Origin: the human T2T-CHM13v2.0 reference genome, Homo sapiens | Reading direction: 5' to 3' (one strand) | NCBI RefSeq assembly: GCF_009914755.1 | Contig: NC_060925.1 | DNA: 64,000 nucleotides | Part shown: positions 41,219 to 56,468 of the stretch, piece after piece | Numbering within the stretch: position 1 is the first letter of the stretch | How the letters are laid out: each line of letters starts with the position of its first letter | The notes under the pieces: generated by a model | Told to the model about the DNA's origin: nothing | The model's input: the letters and a program-made list of their open reading frames with translations, nothing else | Databases searched by the model: none | Made by a program: the position numbers and the translations under genes

Positions 41219-43929
41219 TAAATTTTAAAACATGGGATGTTGCAATCAGATAGAAGAGCCAGATCCAGTATTGGCAGCTGTTACTGGTTTTGTGACCTGA
41301 AGAAGCTAATCAATGTTTCTAAGCCTCAATTCCCTCCTCTGTAAAAGTGGGTGCTCACAGTGTTGTTGAGAAGATTAAGCAGGGAAGAGTGTGTGAAACT
41401 ACCTTACACATAGCAAGGGCTCAATAAATGGTAGTAACTGTTCTTTGTTTTAAAAAATTTTTGCTTAATCCACTGCACAATAAAGTGACCCATGGAAGAC
41501 CTTGGGAAATGTTTACAGGTTTCAAATTTGGTGTTTGCCAAGTATTGCAAAACATCTACCCCTCCTCACTACACACTTGTACTCCTGTTAAAATACATTA
41601 CTGTGCTTGAAGGTGTCCAGTCTTCTATTGTCTTGCATAGTAGCACAGGCGAGCTTGGTGAAGGTAGGTGGAATCAGGGTGTGTTTTCAGCAACAAGTGA
41701 GCAGAGGAGCTGAGCGGGTGGTTCTGAGCAAAGGGCCCGAGAAGTGACAGCAGAGGGGGAGTGATGCCGAAACGATAATATTAGAGTACACAGAGTAATG
41801 CACAGCTGCCAGGTCACACAATTTGAGAACTGCTTCAGAACAGTCAACTCTTCCACGCTGTTGCTAAGAGACGGGGGAGGTGGGGAGGCATTCATCCCTT
41901 GAACAAAAGGGAGGGGAAAAACACGAACAGACATGAACTCTAAGTTTTGGAAATGATTTCATGGACTCCTATTTTCTGAACGTTAGTGTCTTTGGAGACA
42001 TTTTCATGTGTTGAGTTCCTACTGTGTGCTATGTGTGGCTCAAGGCACTGGGGAGAGAGCAGTGGACAAAGTCCCTGTTTTCATGGAGCTTCTATTGGAT
42101 TTGGTCTTCTCCTTTGATGTTGAGGGGACTGACTGAGGTCCTCAGAAGGGAAGAACTTGCCTAAGAACTGAAGGCAACCTGTTGGCAAAGCTGATATTTG
42201 AATCCAGGCCTCCTAAATCCAAGATCGAGACTTTTTCCATATACTACATTTTACAAAAGAGATTCATCTGCAGCAGATTTTAACGTTAGCTAGGACTTAA
42301 GTACCTCAGCTAGGTCAAGGTCCATTCACTGGAGATTTCTGCAAATGAGTCCAAAAAAATGATGTTTTTTTAATTTCAAGTGTCCCACGGAGAAGTTTCA
42401 TATTTATTCAGAGTCCTTGTCTTCCATTATTACACCTAGTTGAATGAAACTGTATAGTATGAAAGGAGGTAGGGAGAATCAAAACAGGAAAAAGATTTGG
42501 GTATCTCATAACTGCTGAAAATTAGCAAGACATGGAAGTCAAGAGATCTGGGTGCAGAAGCAGTTTCTACTTCTTCCTACCTGTGACCTTACCTCTTTAG
42601 GCCTGTTTTCCCACCTATAACATGAGGGATTGCATTATAATAATCTCAGCATTCTTCTCCAGCTCTAAATTTATGATGAGTCACCCAACAGTGCCATGCA
42701 GTGAAAATAGCCCTAAGGCCCTAAGATGTAATTTCAGAGAGTGACTGTGGTTCAAAGATGAAAAACTGAGTGTTAATTGCCCCTTCTCCTGTGCTCCCAT
42801 GGTCCTAGGGCAGGGTGCTGCTGTAGTGCACATTCTGCTGTGCATGCTGAGAAGCTGGCTCCGGGTCTGCACCAGCAGAAAGGTCTGTGCTTATGGAGGG
42901 TGAGCACTGTGTCCTGTGCACTGCCACGTGACTGTTTTTGTAGGCCTTTCTTCCCATCAGACCATGACTACTTTGATGGCAGGGACCATGTCTTATTTAT
43001 CCTTCTGCCTTAGTGCCTGCCGCTGAGTAGTCTGTAGATGTTTACAGAGTGAAGGAATCAATGAATAATGACTGAGTGAGAAAACTATACTTTTTCAGGG
43101 TCAATAAAGGAAATAGCACAAGAGAATCTCCCCTGATAAACTTGTCAAAGTGATCCCAGAATTAAACATTCAGGCTGGAGAGGTTATTAGTGACTTGCTT
43201 AAGGCCACATTGTTTAAAAGCAGCAAAGCTAGGACTCCTTTCCTCTCTCCTTTTCTTTCTTTTATTCAGTACCCCAAAAGGGTGTTTGGCTCCAGCATTG
43301 AACACAGGTGACTTTGAATAACAATTTATCGGAACAAGATGAATTTTGAAGCAGGTAGGAGGGTGGCTTTTGAGTCTGACAGATGTGGGTTCAAATCCTC
43401 TGGGGCCGCTGACTATCAGTGTGATCTATGGCAACTTAACCTCCCGGAAGCTCAGTTTCCTCGTGTGAAAAGTAGAAGTGATAACATCTCCACCATCTCC
43501 CTTGCAGGCTGCTTCTGTGGGGTCATTTGAAGGCTTATGGTTAACCCAGATAAGAGGTAGGATGGGAGTTTCTAACACAAGTCTCTTACTGTCCTGCACG
43601 ATTTGTTGCTTCAGAGAAATGGGGTCTTCTCTATCTTTTTTGAAATTCCATTGTTGGCTTAGACAATGAGTAGCCTTCTGTGTATGTGATGTACATTCTC
43701 CCCCAGACCTACTGTTATGTATTTTCCAGCCTACTGAGGTAGTCCAGGCCCATTCACTATACACATCAGTGTGTGCTGGCTTGTGTTTTTACCCTTTCTG
43801 CAGCTACAGCCTGAACTAAGACTGGGTCCTTGCAGCTCTCCAACACATGATTGCTGCCTGCCAGAACCACAGACCTTTCTCGGGACTGGCACGAATTTCA
43901 GCCAACAGAGCCTGCACAGAAACACATGG

Positions 43930-44220
43930 AAAAGGCTTCCGGTGGAGCTTACTGTGAGTCACAGACAGCCATAGTTGCACTGGATAGAGAGCTGGCAGAT
44001 GCCATCAGCATATGCCCTTAGAAACTTTGGTTGTTTTGTGGCCTGGAGAAGAGCCCAGAATTATGGAGCCTAAGAGGCAGCACCTCTGCTTTCTGAAGAG
44101 GAAGCCGTAGTGCCGTGGACTTCACCACGTGCACAGTGGCTGCATCCAGACCTGAATGCCCCTCTCATTACTCACCGGAAGTGAGCTTTGAACACTTCAC
44201 ACAGGAAGATGACTCGCTCC
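43930..44220. promoter_or_regulatory. Candidate enhancer (ETS, AP-1 and E-box cluster)
   Basis: CTTCCGGT 43936, TGAGTCA 43955, CACGTG 44126, ACCGGAAGTG 44174, ACAGGAAG 44201 in non-repeat DNA. Confidence 0.35.
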
Positions 44221-46489
44221 TCCAACAAGATGCAGAAAGTCTTTCCAAGCAAATGACTTGAAGTGTTTAAATATTCTGTTTCTTAGTCTGCTTTTTTTCT
44301 GTTAAATCCTTCAGCTTGAATGAGCACCTTTATCTGCAAATTGATCTGGTTGTAGCATCCCTTGACCATGTAGGTGGATTTTTAATTTGTACTTAAGGCC
44401 AGTTACAATATGCCATTTGCAACTCTGCTCCCTTTATGCTCCTGTAGCACTGCTATAGAGAGGAAGGGTTTGTCGTAGCAATGGGAAATAAAACAATGAG
44501 CATACAACTTTTACAATTGGAAATGAAGAAGCATAAAAAAAAATAACGGCTGATATTTGTTATCGGTCAGGCCTGAGTATGAGAATTATGGGTCTCTAAC
44601 ATGCCTGAATTAGCAAGAGGATGAAATTGCAAGAAGGCAGGCTGGAGAACAACCTCTTGACCCCACTCAGCATTTTGGAGCATGGCAGCTTAACAGATCC
44701 AACACAGAAAACAAGGGAATGGGTTAGTCTGGTGCTCATTCTCAAAGGTAGATGTGTCTGAAGTGAGAACTCTTGTTTGCATTCTCTGGAACCAAGTAGG
44801 GATCTGTCATCTTTTGGGAAGATCTGTCCTTCCTCAGCAGGTGTCCCATCAGCAAGGACAAAATCTGGAACCCAGATTCCAGGGAAAGAAACTAAGAAGA
44901 GCTAGGCATGGATCCAGGCCATTCAACAATAGGCTAGGGACAACAGCAGGCTCTGAGCTCAGGGAAGGGACGCTTGGGCAGAAACTAGTCTTACGGGATT
45001 GGGGAAGGTAGCACAGTATCACAGGGAGAGCATGTCTTTGGACTTGAAGAGACATAGATTATAATCCCAGTTTTGGTGCTTACTAGCTATGTGATTGCAG
45101 GTAGGTCAGTTTCCTTCATGGGACTCATCTGCAAAATAATTCTTACAGAGGCATCATAATACCCAAGATCATAGTCAAATAAACTTGGAATAGAAACTCT
45201 GGCCCATCATTTATGAACCATTAGTTCCTTAACTTTTGTCCTAACCTTCCTTAAGCCTCAGTTTTCCTATCTGTAAAAAGGAGATAAGATTACTTATCTT
45301 AGATCTAGTGTGAGGATTAATTGAAACATTGCAAGTACAATACTCAGCATAAGGCTCAGAACACAGAACACATTCCATAAATGGTGCTATGATTGGTCCT
45401 GGGATATTGGGTCCTGGTCTGGTTGGCAGTGAAGGCAAGGAAAACATGTGTGTGGGATATGCTGACAGTTTAGGGGATGTCCTAGAGTTTCCCATAGTTG
45501 TCCCAGTCAGTTTGATCTTGGTATTATGCACTAGGCTGTGTACTGTTTGGCCCCAGTTAAGATTCCAGGTCTGAGAACATTTTTGAAGCCCCTAGATGGA
45601 TGGGCTGAGGTGATGAAAGAGGTAACTTTGATATGAACTATGCCTCAATAAGTGGGTTCTGCAAACTGGGGAAGGCAGGGCTGAAGCTGACAGCTTTATA
45701 GTTCAAAGAGTGTTTTCCCAAATATGATTTAATTTAATTTAACCCTTATAGCTTGCATCACCAAAATTGTCCCCAAATGAAGAAACAAAGATCCTGAGAG
45801 GTTCCCTAAGTGGGAGTCAGTGCTGATACAGGGTCCTGAACTTGGCAAGACTGCAAAACCATGCTCCACCTGTGTCGCAGCAAGGCTGTGGTGTCTGTCC
45901 CAATGCAGTAGTCAGTGAGGATCTGCTCTCTGCTCAGTCCTGTGGAGGAGGCTCATAGTGTTGACCCTGTTCCTGCCCTATATATATGTGTATAGTATAA
46001 TAATAATAATTCTGGGGATGTAATACAGTTACTATTTGTTGAGCACTAACTGCTTAACATATGCCATCTTATTTTTTTTCACAGAAAAACACCATAAATA
46101 GGATTTCTGATGTCCATTTTATAGATGAAGAAGGAAGGTTTAGCAAGGCCATTCAAGGATACACAGCTAGAGGACGAGATGGAATTGAAGTCCCTTTGTC
46201 AGCATCCTTTTCATTCTTGATGCCATTTCATTTCCCCTCCTGGTATGTTTTGTTATGCAGTTAGCTTAGGCCTAATTTTATATAACCAATTATAAACTGT
46301 GAAATAGGATTCTGGTATGAATTTCCTATTCTTCTCCCACTAAGCAACTGATGAATCCCTTCGTGGTCAGATGTGACGAATGGGATTGTTTCTGTTCTAC
46401 TATGGTTTGAATTTCTACCTTGATAATTACACAAAAACACTATCAACAAAGGTGGACGCCAGGTAAACACTGCTCCCTCCTAAATGCTT

Positions 46490-46900
46490 CTATGGCTGAG
46501 ATCCATTCTCTTGCTCTTTTTCTCCTTTCTTCAAGAACAGATGTTCATATTCTTTGCCAATTTTTCTACTGAGTTATAAGAACACATTATATATTAAGAA
46601 AATTAGTCCTATTTATTTGTCTTATAGGTTAGAAATATTTACCTGTTGGTCAATGGTCTATCATCTGAATATATAGTATTTTTGGGGGCCTCTGCATAAT
46701 AGTTCTGTATTATTTTTTAGGAAAGCCTTCCCACTCCAAGAGAAAAAGTAAGTTATTTATATATCCACATCTTATGGGTCTTTGACTTTCTATTCTCTTC
46801 CACTGAATTGTCTATTTCCCAATTTCAGTTGTTACAATATTTATAGCTTTATAATTTGAGCTAATATCTGCCATTTTAAAGCTTTTTTTCTGGCTTCTGT
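46490..46900 (-). mobile_element. Old L1M fragments
   Basis: tgttcatattctttgccaattttttctactgag...gactttctattctcttccactga. Confidence 0.5.
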
Positions 46901-47829
46901 TGCATTTTTATGTCTTTATTTCTTTCAGCTATTATACAAATGATACAACCTGCTATGGAAAAAAGAGAAATAACAGATAAGTATACAAAGAAAATACAAG
47001 AAAAACATGAACAGTAATAATCTTATCCAAATGTTACTGAGATATTTTTGGAGTACTTAATTTCAATCTTTTTCCTATATGCAAACACACACAACTTTTC
47101 TCTAACAAAAATCAGATCATACTGTACTAGCAAACACCCTACCTGAAATCTGTATATCCATTGCCTATTGATTATGCCCATTGCTTAACATACTATGTTT
47201 TATTTAATCATTATTTAATTGTTGAGTATGCAAGTTATTTCTGAGTTTTCACTCAAGCTGTTTACGCTTATTTCTGTCTGGGTGTGAATGAATCTTTGGC
47301 ACATTCCTCTAGCAAGTTGATCAACATCTGGTCTAAGATATTCTTCGGTGTTGGGTTTGTGCTGTCCACATCAGCTTAGCAATGTCTGCACAAAGACTCC
47401 TTCCCCCTCAAAAGTGCCATTCAGACTTGCTGTGGGTATAAGGGGAACAATCTCATTGAGGAGAAAGTTGTCATTGTGGTTGAGAACATGAACTTTGGAA
47501 TTGGATAGAGCTGTGTGAATTTGGCCTAAACTCCGAGTCTGCTTCCACATCTGTAAAATGTAGACACAAATAGTTACTCATAAGGTTCTGGTGGGGATTA
47601 AATGTGGTTATACCTGTAAAGTCCTTAGCATTATGCCCAGCACATAGTGAAGATGTTCGATAAATGATAACTAAACAAACATTGTGTCCCCTCCCACTAC
47701 AACCACACTGCTCTCCCTCACCTTACAGACTTTGCTGCTTGACAATCTTGGGGTGGGGCTGCTGAAAACTGAATCTCAATTTAGGAAGCCATGTTGTCCC
47801 AGGATTAGGGTTATTGGCCTCACATAAGA

Positions 47830-47945
47830 ATCTCCAAATCTGCAGAATCTCAGGCCCCACCCAAAAACTATTCAATCAGAAACTACATTTTCAAAAGATA
47901 TCCCAGATGATTTGTATGCATAGTAAAGTTTGAGAAGGTTTTAGT
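47830..47945. mobile_element. MER5A-type MITE fragment
   Basis: tgcagaatctcaggccccaccc...aatcagaaactacattt...catagtaaagtttgagaa. Confidence 0.7.
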
Positions 47946-48477
47946 CCAGGTATTCAGGAAGTGATGCTGGTTGTGTATGGAGGACAGGGGCCCAGGAACT
48001 GATGAAATCTCTAGTTTGGAATTCTCGATAGCATTTGCATTCTTTTTTTTTTTTTTTATCTCAAATCCATCACTCAGTAGCAATGTGATCTTCACAAAGC
48101 TCCCTTTACTTTTACCACCATAGTGTTGTAGGAGAAGCTCTATCTTCCAAGTCAGACAGATCTGGGCTTCAATTCCAGCTTTGTTAACTGGAGGACTTAT
48201 TATTAGCTGGGAGGACTTGCGACAAATCATACCAACTTTCTGAGCCCAGTTTCCTTCCCTGTAAAATGTAGATAATACACCTTTCTTGAGGTGTTACTAG
48301 AGATAACCAATGATAAAGTGTTTGGGAAATCTGGCATATCGTAGGGGTACAATGAGTAAGTGGTTTGACTCCAAAGACCTGAGTTTGGATCTCAGCTCCA
48401 CAACTCACTTGGCTGATTGCTTTCTTTCCCTGGACTCAAGTTTCATCATCTGTAAAACTGGCATTTCAACCAAATAA

Positions 48478-48956
<479 letters not shown>

Positions 48957-49145
48957 GAATGTTTTCAATTTGATAGAAACAAGTGACTCAAGGAAAGTGT
49001 TGACAGTTATTAAATTGAGTTTCCATATAATAAGGGCATATAATAGGTGACAAATGACAGGTCCTGAGAGCTGCATTTTGAATATTTGGAGGATTTGGGG
49101 CACATATCTGGTATTGGAACTTCTCTGAATTGGATTAGAACGCCG

Positions 49146-49465
<320 letters not shown>

Positions 49466-49789
49466 TCAAGACCATCCAGACCTGAAAATACCTGACAGGG
49501 GGATGGGAAACAAAAACATGACTTCTCACAGTAGATCCTTAATTGGTGATCGAAAATTTGTTTAAAAGTGTCCTAACTAATCTTTTTTGAAGGGAAAGTC
49601 AGAAATACATTCAAACTCACAGTGTGTACCTCTGAGAGACAGTGGCTCATTCAAGTATCACTTATCCATTTGGGTCTTCATTCATTCACTCATTCCCCAA
49701 ATCCTAACTGAGTACGTACTATAAAACAGACACTTGCCAGGTATTGGGGGATGGAGGGTCTGAGTAGGGGTAAAGATTAATTAGGTAAT

Positions 49790-50008
49790 AAAATCCAGAT
49801 TTCTTTTAAAAACAATCAGAAAATCTCACAAGGCTGGACCCACTTTCTCACACAATAATGATTGCTGGCGCTGAGTCACTGGGGACCTACTAGGTGAAGC
49901 AGGAATCCCTGAGTGCCTACAGCTCCCATCCCCAAAGCTACATCATTACAGCATTCCTTCATGTTACCTACCTGTCATTACCTATGGACGTCTGAATTCA
50001 TGAATCTG
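49790..50008 (+). mobile_element. hAT-Charlie fragment (Charlie4-like)
   Basis: Similar to 28735-29078; catgttacctacctg...gtctgaattcatgaatctg. Confidence 0.45.
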
Positions 50009-50519
50009 AGCTCACGAATTCTCATTGAGAGAACCTTTCCAATGAAATACCCATCGGATGCCCTTTGCTGAGAGCCCGGAGTAGAACCAGTGCTAAATTT
50101 CTAAGAGAGAGACAAATACCTAAATAACTCTATTGCAAAATAAAAGGTATTATCAGAAAGGGAAGGATGAAATGCTTTGAACATTTAGGGGACAGGGAAA
50201 TTGTTTCTGGAGACTGGTACACATCAGAAATGGCTTCCTGGCAGATGTAGCACCGAATCTGGGACTTGAATGATTACATTTTTTCCATCAATTCAACAAA
50301 TATTTGCTAGAAGCCAGCTAGCCAGAATGCTTTATAGAAGATGCACTCAGAATTGGCTAGTTATGAGGGAGCTGTTTGTCAACTGCTAATTTTCTATGGT
50401 TTGCTCTTCTTCCCTTTCCTTTTACATTCACAAATTGGGAAAGTTAAACTTGTAGATCACTTTGGGGATTGTCAAAGGGTGGCTTCTGGTAGATACTGGT
50501 TTCTCCAAGCCAGGCAAAC

Positions 50520-51385
50520 CTGCATTCACTCAGCATATATTTTCAAGTCTGGACTATGTACCGTCCACTATGACAGGAGTCAGAAATACAGTGATGAGTG
50601 CTGGCCCTGTCCCATGTAATTTACAGCCTTTTTGGAGAGAGAGGCAGTTTCAGTGACCTCACAAATACATGCAGGAGTGTAACTGTGATGAGTACTGCAA
50701 AGGGAAGAGGGCCCTTGTTGCTAAAGGACTTATAAGAGGAGTTGGCCATGTCAGAAGGATCAGGGAAGGCCTTACTGAGGCATGAGGCTTCCTGGTGTGA
50801 ATAGCAGTTAACAGGTGGAGGGAGACCAGGTTCTAGGTGGAGGAAATAACATGTGTGTGGGCTCCTTTCCAGAAGAGCTGGAGAGAAGAGAGATGAAAGG
50901 AAGGTGATGCAGGATGAAGCTGGAGGAGTAAGAAGGGGTTTGATGATATAGCAGGCCCAGTCAAAGAATCTTGTCTTTATCCTAAGAGTCAAGAGAAGTT
51001 GCTGAGAATTTTTAAGCAGGAAAGGGTGATGATCATATTTATATTTTGGAAAGATCCTCCAACCTGCTCTCTGTGTTAAAACAGTTGAGTTCATATATCT
51101 TCTGGCTGCAATAATGGGAATGAACACAAGGCAGGACAGAGTACATGGGGGGAGGCCGGTTAGCAAGCTAGTGTTGAGTTCAGAAGGAAGATGATGTTCT
51201 TTTGACTAGGATGCTGGTGATGGAGGGCAATGAAAAAATCTGAGAGATAAATAGGAGCTAAATCAACAATATAATGGGCTGAACATGGAGGAGAAAAAAA
51301 GAAAAGAGTCAAACATATCTTCTAGGTTCCTCTCTGCCATGCATAATTGGATGGATGGAATACCATTCACTAAAATGAATCACCA
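50520..51385 (-). mobile_element. L2 fragment
   Basis: cattcactcagcatatattt...tttatcctaagag...ttttaagcagg...ttttggaaagatc. Confidence 0.75.
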
Positions 51386-53254
51386 CTTGGCTTTGTTCTA
51401 AGACTGCTGTGTACAGTTGTGTGAGTTGTGTACTACACCAGGGCATCTGGCTAATTAACAAAGGCAGAAGCTGAAAGTCAGCCCATTCTCTGCTTGCCAA
51501 GACACATATCCCCATGTAGGGTCATGTCTACCCAGGTGGGAGGGGCAGCTTCTTATAATTTGCAAAAAATAGCTATCCATTTGGCTAGATAAAAAGTTAT
51601 ACCTTTTAACCAGCATTGCAGGCATCCAAGAAGGCCCACATAGGGTACTACGAGTGGGAGGGAGCACTAGAGGCCCAGGTATCCAGGGCCAGGATACCTG
51701 GATGGTAGAGACAAGGGCTGAAGAAGGTGATGAGAAAATGAGAGAGTGCAAAAAATATCAAGCTCAGTTTATTTATCCTGCAGTGGCTATCTCTGGCATT
51801 TCCTGGACTCCTGACCCACAGGGAGGGATCCTGCCTGTGGCTCACCCTTCCTGTTATTTTAATTCTTTTGTTGGATGCCTTTAATGAATGTAGACATGGA
51901 CACTCATACATCAGAGAGCAGAAGTACTTTAAGAACCATCTAGCCCTACTCTTTCATTACACGGATGAGAACGCTGAGGTCCAGGGAAATGGAAAGCTTT
52001 GCTCTGTCTCCTGCTGGGACAAGATCCTTAATCGCCTGATTCCTCACATCATGCTGATCTTTCCTCTAACAAGAAATTGACTGAGCTTTCACAGACAACG
52101 AGGCAACACCTGAAAGAGCAAAGATACCAAGTCAGATTCATCTGAGTTTGGATCTCTGCTTGCCATTCTTTGTTGTGTGATTTTTGACAAGTTACTTAAT
52201 CTCTCCAAGCTTCACCTTCCCCACCTGTAAAATGAAGATTAAAAACACCTTGAAGGTGGGCTGTGAGGATTAACGTAAAGCCTTTGGGATAGGGTCTGAT
52301 ATTCACGAGCCACCATCTAGACCACATTCTCTACTTATGTTGACTTCTCCAGCCCCTGTCTCTTCCCTACCCTTTCTCTATTCTCAAAGGGTTTGCAGGG
52401 ATTCTGCAGAAAATTTATTCTTTGGAAATTCTTTGTGGAACTCAACACAAATTCAGCATATCAAATAAACGAAATATTAAGAAATGACTCTACCTTTTCC
52501 CCTAACCTTTCACTTAGGGTTCTGATCCCTAAGATGCAAATGGCAATTAACCCTGCACCCCACACTAGCCCTCTACCTCTCCCTATGATGACTCTGCACA
52601 GATCTCAGGAAGCTTTATGTGAAAATAACACCTTGGAACTAGAAGCAGAAGGAACTAGAGAGGTTTCTGCTGGAAGCATAATATAAAAGCCAGTTTTGAA
52701 GAAGGCGGGGGGTGGTGGGGGCTCAGAAAAATGAGCGATTACCAGAAGGAACTTTTTTTCTCCCAACATGATTTTTGATGGCTCATAGTTACTTTCATTT
52801 GTTCCATGACTTTGAGAGGCTGACAAATAGCAGCCTCATTCTGAATGCCTATTGTTACTCCTGAGGTTTTATGTAGAGTAGAAAAGATTGTTTTGAACGT
52901 TTCTCATGGACAAGTGGAAGCTGTACTCTTGCTACAAATGATTCATGTGGGAGAAATGATATATAAACAAGATTGCCTGCTTGGAGAGTGGATGAGAGGG
53001 TGAGTTATTTCAGAAGGGCTCTTCACTTTCATGCCAGCAAATGATAAAAGCTAGCTCTCAGAATGGCAGGGGTGCTATGGAATGGAGGCTTCAGAAACTT
53101 TTTGACTCTTACATTTTATAGTCAATGTCAAAAAAATGTATTATAAATTTCTGACTAAGTCCAGTTACTTTTTCATGGTGATGTAGCAATAGGTTGATTC
53201 AACCTTGGGCCTTGTCCTGTCAGTGTGTTGAGGCTGAAAGAGCCTGGGTTCTGG

Positions 53255-53424
53255 AAGCTGAGCCTCTGGGGTAAGGTAGGTGCCTAAGGGGCAAAATTTC
53301 AGGAGGCACCTACTCTCAGGGTCATACAGGCACAGAGTCAGCACTTGCACAATCCTGTAAGTGAGTGCCTCCTTAAATTTTGCCCTCTGGGTCACCCTCT
53401 TTTCTCACCCAAATCCGGGCCCTG
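53255..53424. mobile_element. MER96 palindromic MITE (hAT-Tip100)
   Basis: gggcaaaatttcaggaggcac ... gtgcctccttaaattttgccc inverted arms; ends gggccctg. Confidence 0.82.
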
Positions 53425-54024
53425 GAATTGAATTAGAATCAAGACTCCATCACTTATTGGTGGTGCAACTTTAGGGAATCAGTTAGGATTAGTCTTGGCT
53501 ATAACAGAAAAAAGCCAAGTGAGAGTGGCTTATTTCTCTATTACATAAAAATCTAGAGCAATACAGGACAGGGCTGGCATGATGTCCCCATTGCATAAAG
53601 TCATCAGATCCTAGTTCCTTCCAGTGCACTTTTCTGCCATTCCAAGGGTTTTGCCTTCATGATTCAAAATGACACATCCACATTCTAGGCAGCAGGATGG
53701 AGGAAGGTGACTAAACCATGTGAATATATTACTGATTTTTAAAATATAACAAAATTATAATTATAAACATGTAGAATAGATTGTAAAAGCCCAAACAATA
53801 CAAAAATAAAATATATTTTTGGATTGTTAAATCACCTATAATTGTTATTTCTATCAGCCCCACTCCAAATTCCCAGCCTAAGCATCTAGTTTATTGCAAC
53901 TATTAAGGACTGAGCCAGTCTTGATTCCCACAGTTGAAAATGTTTTCAGAAGGAATTATTCTTATGGAAGCTCATAAAATGTTCTTAAACCCATAGGTTT
54001 GAAAATAAGAAAATTATCTAGAGT

Positions 54025-54462
54025 GGAGTGGTAGACAGCTGAGTTATCTGCCTGCCCAGCACTCACTTCCCATTCTGGCAGGCATACTTCAATTTTGGTT
54101 TGGGGAACAAACTACCAGGTTCCTTTGCTTACAGACTTGGTAGAAATTGTCATTTGGGCTACAGATGGGAAGACGTAGAAATGTAACTCAAACTAGGACC
54201 ATAATATCCCTCTCTCTTCGAATAATTTGTCTCTTGGATATGGTTAAAAAGCATAGACATATGACTGGGGATCATTTTCTCTAACAGAGACATGGAACTC
54301 AAACAAATTCCCTGAGCTGCTTTGGATCCTGTTCTTTCTGAGGCCTGATACTTCAGCGTCTTCAAATCTAATTTGCAATGCCCCATATCCTTCCAGTACA
54401 CCTCTTCTATTTAAGTTACCTAGAGTCCATTTATGTTGCTTGCAATCAAGAACCCTAACTGA
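54025..54462 (+). mobile_element. MLT1-family LTR
   Basis: Ends tgttgcttgcaatcaagaaccctaactgaca. Confidence 0.65.
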
Positions 54463-55649
54463 CAAAAGAAGCTATTCACTTTTCTACCCAAATATTTGAA
54501 ATTATACAGGTTGGTCTCTCCTACCTTGTTAATTATACCTGTTTTCTTCTCCAGCTTTTCCCAGGTGAGGCCATTAATGCCTCCACCCATAGGCTTAACC
54601 CTGCCCTGTTTCTGAGCCAACTCTAAAGTGAGGTATGAAGAGTCTCGATTTTTTACTGGGTGGGACTTAGAATTAAGTCATCTCCCTAATATCTGGGTTG
54701 TAGTGACTATGAGGTTTGATTTCATCCTCAGGAATAGGACTAAAGAGGTGGTGGGTGAGTTGCATGCAGGATACCAAAGGATAAATCCTGGGGGCTTCCA
54801 GAAGTTCCAGAGGAATTACCTAGAAGGCATCATTCCAAGGAGGAAAGAGGCCAAAGCATCACATAGACTTCATAAAACAAGGGACCTTGCCTATCTTATT
54901 CCCCACTGTATCCCCAGTACAAAAAATTATGTCTGGCTCATGGTAAGTACTCAGGAAGTAAGTAGTCAGGCTGAATAAAAGAGGGAAAAAGCAATGGCAG
55001 TAAGAAGGGCTGAGATTTGTGGGGATAGAAATCAAGTGAAGAGGTGAGGTGACATTGCAGAGATGGAGTGAGGTCAGTGAGTAGAAAGGGGAAAGATGCA
55101 AAGTTAAGAGTGCAAGAGATGCTGACTTTTACAGGTGCCAACCGAGGCAGTCACTGGGACAATTTCTGGTCTTTCACAATATTTTCTTGAATTATCTTCT
55201 CTGCCAATGACATCTCTCAAACAAAGTTAACCTCAGGAAAACCTATAGCTGCCATATTCTGCCTCTTTGCCTGCCCTCCTTCCTTCTCCCTGCTGGCTTG
55301 GCCCAGCCCAGCAGAATGACATTTTGTGTTGGTCCTTCCTCTTGAGTGTTGACCATTTCCCTGTCTTAATCCCTAACCCAAGGCCTGGTGCTCTTATAAC
55401 CTGCTGTGCTCTTCCATGTTCTCCCTACTAAGATGAGAGACTCATCAATTTCCCTGACAGGTCCCTGAGATGCCGTCACCAAAGTCTGGTTTCTTAAATG
55501 ATGACCTGGTTAATACAAACAAGAATGAAAAAAGACCCCCACAACTAACATATATCGGGCACTTACAAAGATCAGGTCCTGAGCAGTGCTTTTAACTTTT
55601 GTACAGTACTCATCACAAACCCATGAATTAAATATTATTTTGGTATGAA

Positions 55650-56068
55650 CTGCTAGTTGCCTACCCAGTATTCATTCTCCCATTCACAGATGTTAAAGAC
55701 TACATTTCCCAGCTTTCCTTGCAACTAGGAGTAGCCAAAGAATATAAATAGAAGTTGCTGGGTAAGCTTCAGACAAAGCTCTTTAATGCTGATAGGGTGC
55801 CTTTTATTGCTGTGAAATATTGGCTGCAGTGTAGACATGATAGCTGGAGGGCACCTTGTAACCATGAAGTAACTTTAGGATGGAAGCCATATGCGAAGAA
55901 TGGTGGAACAGAAACAGAGAAGGAGCCTATGACCCTGATGGCTGTGGAGCTGCTACAGTGCCTTCCTCCAGACTTTTTATAACAGGCAAAATAAATCTCT
56001 AACTCCTTAAAGCCATTAAAAGAGTTATTTAGCTGCTCTGTTTTATGCAATGAAATCCAATTCTGATC
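55650..56068 (+). mobile_element. MLT1 (I/J-type) LTR
   Basis: gactacatttcccagctttccttgcaactagg...taaagccatt. Confidence 0.7.
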
Positions 56069-56084
56069 GAGTTAATTATTGCCC

Positions 56085-56468
56085 TGTGGGGCAGGCATAT
56101 TTAGTGTTCCCCAAATATCTACCACTCTTCCACATTTCCCAGTCTTAATTGCAGTTGAGTTGGGCCATGTGTCTTATTCTGACCAATGAGCTCCAAGCAG
56201 AAATTACATACATTGCTTGTGTGCTGAGGCACCTAGGAGCCAGTATAACTTCTCCAGCTCTCTCTTTCTTGACACAGTAACATTGGAAGCCATATGATGA
56301 GATAGTAGTGTCACGAGATAGAAGAAAATGGGATCTCTAAGTCACTGGATGTAGGAGGATTCCCACTGACTTGACTTTGGGTGGGTAAAAAATTAATTTT
56401 TGTTCTGTGAAGTCACTGAGATTTCAGTTTGTTACCACAGCACAGATTAACCTATCCTGACTAATACA
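56085..56468 (+). mobile_element. MLT1 (H/I-type) LTR
   Basis: tgtggggcagg...gttaccacagcacagattaacctatcctgactaataca. Confidence 0.8.

Noticed and set aside
47358-47378. Partial REST/RE1-like half site gctgtcc
   Set aside because: The second half of the motif is absent.
50621-51166. 181-aa ORF
   Set aside because: Lies within a decayed L2; no splice or codon support.
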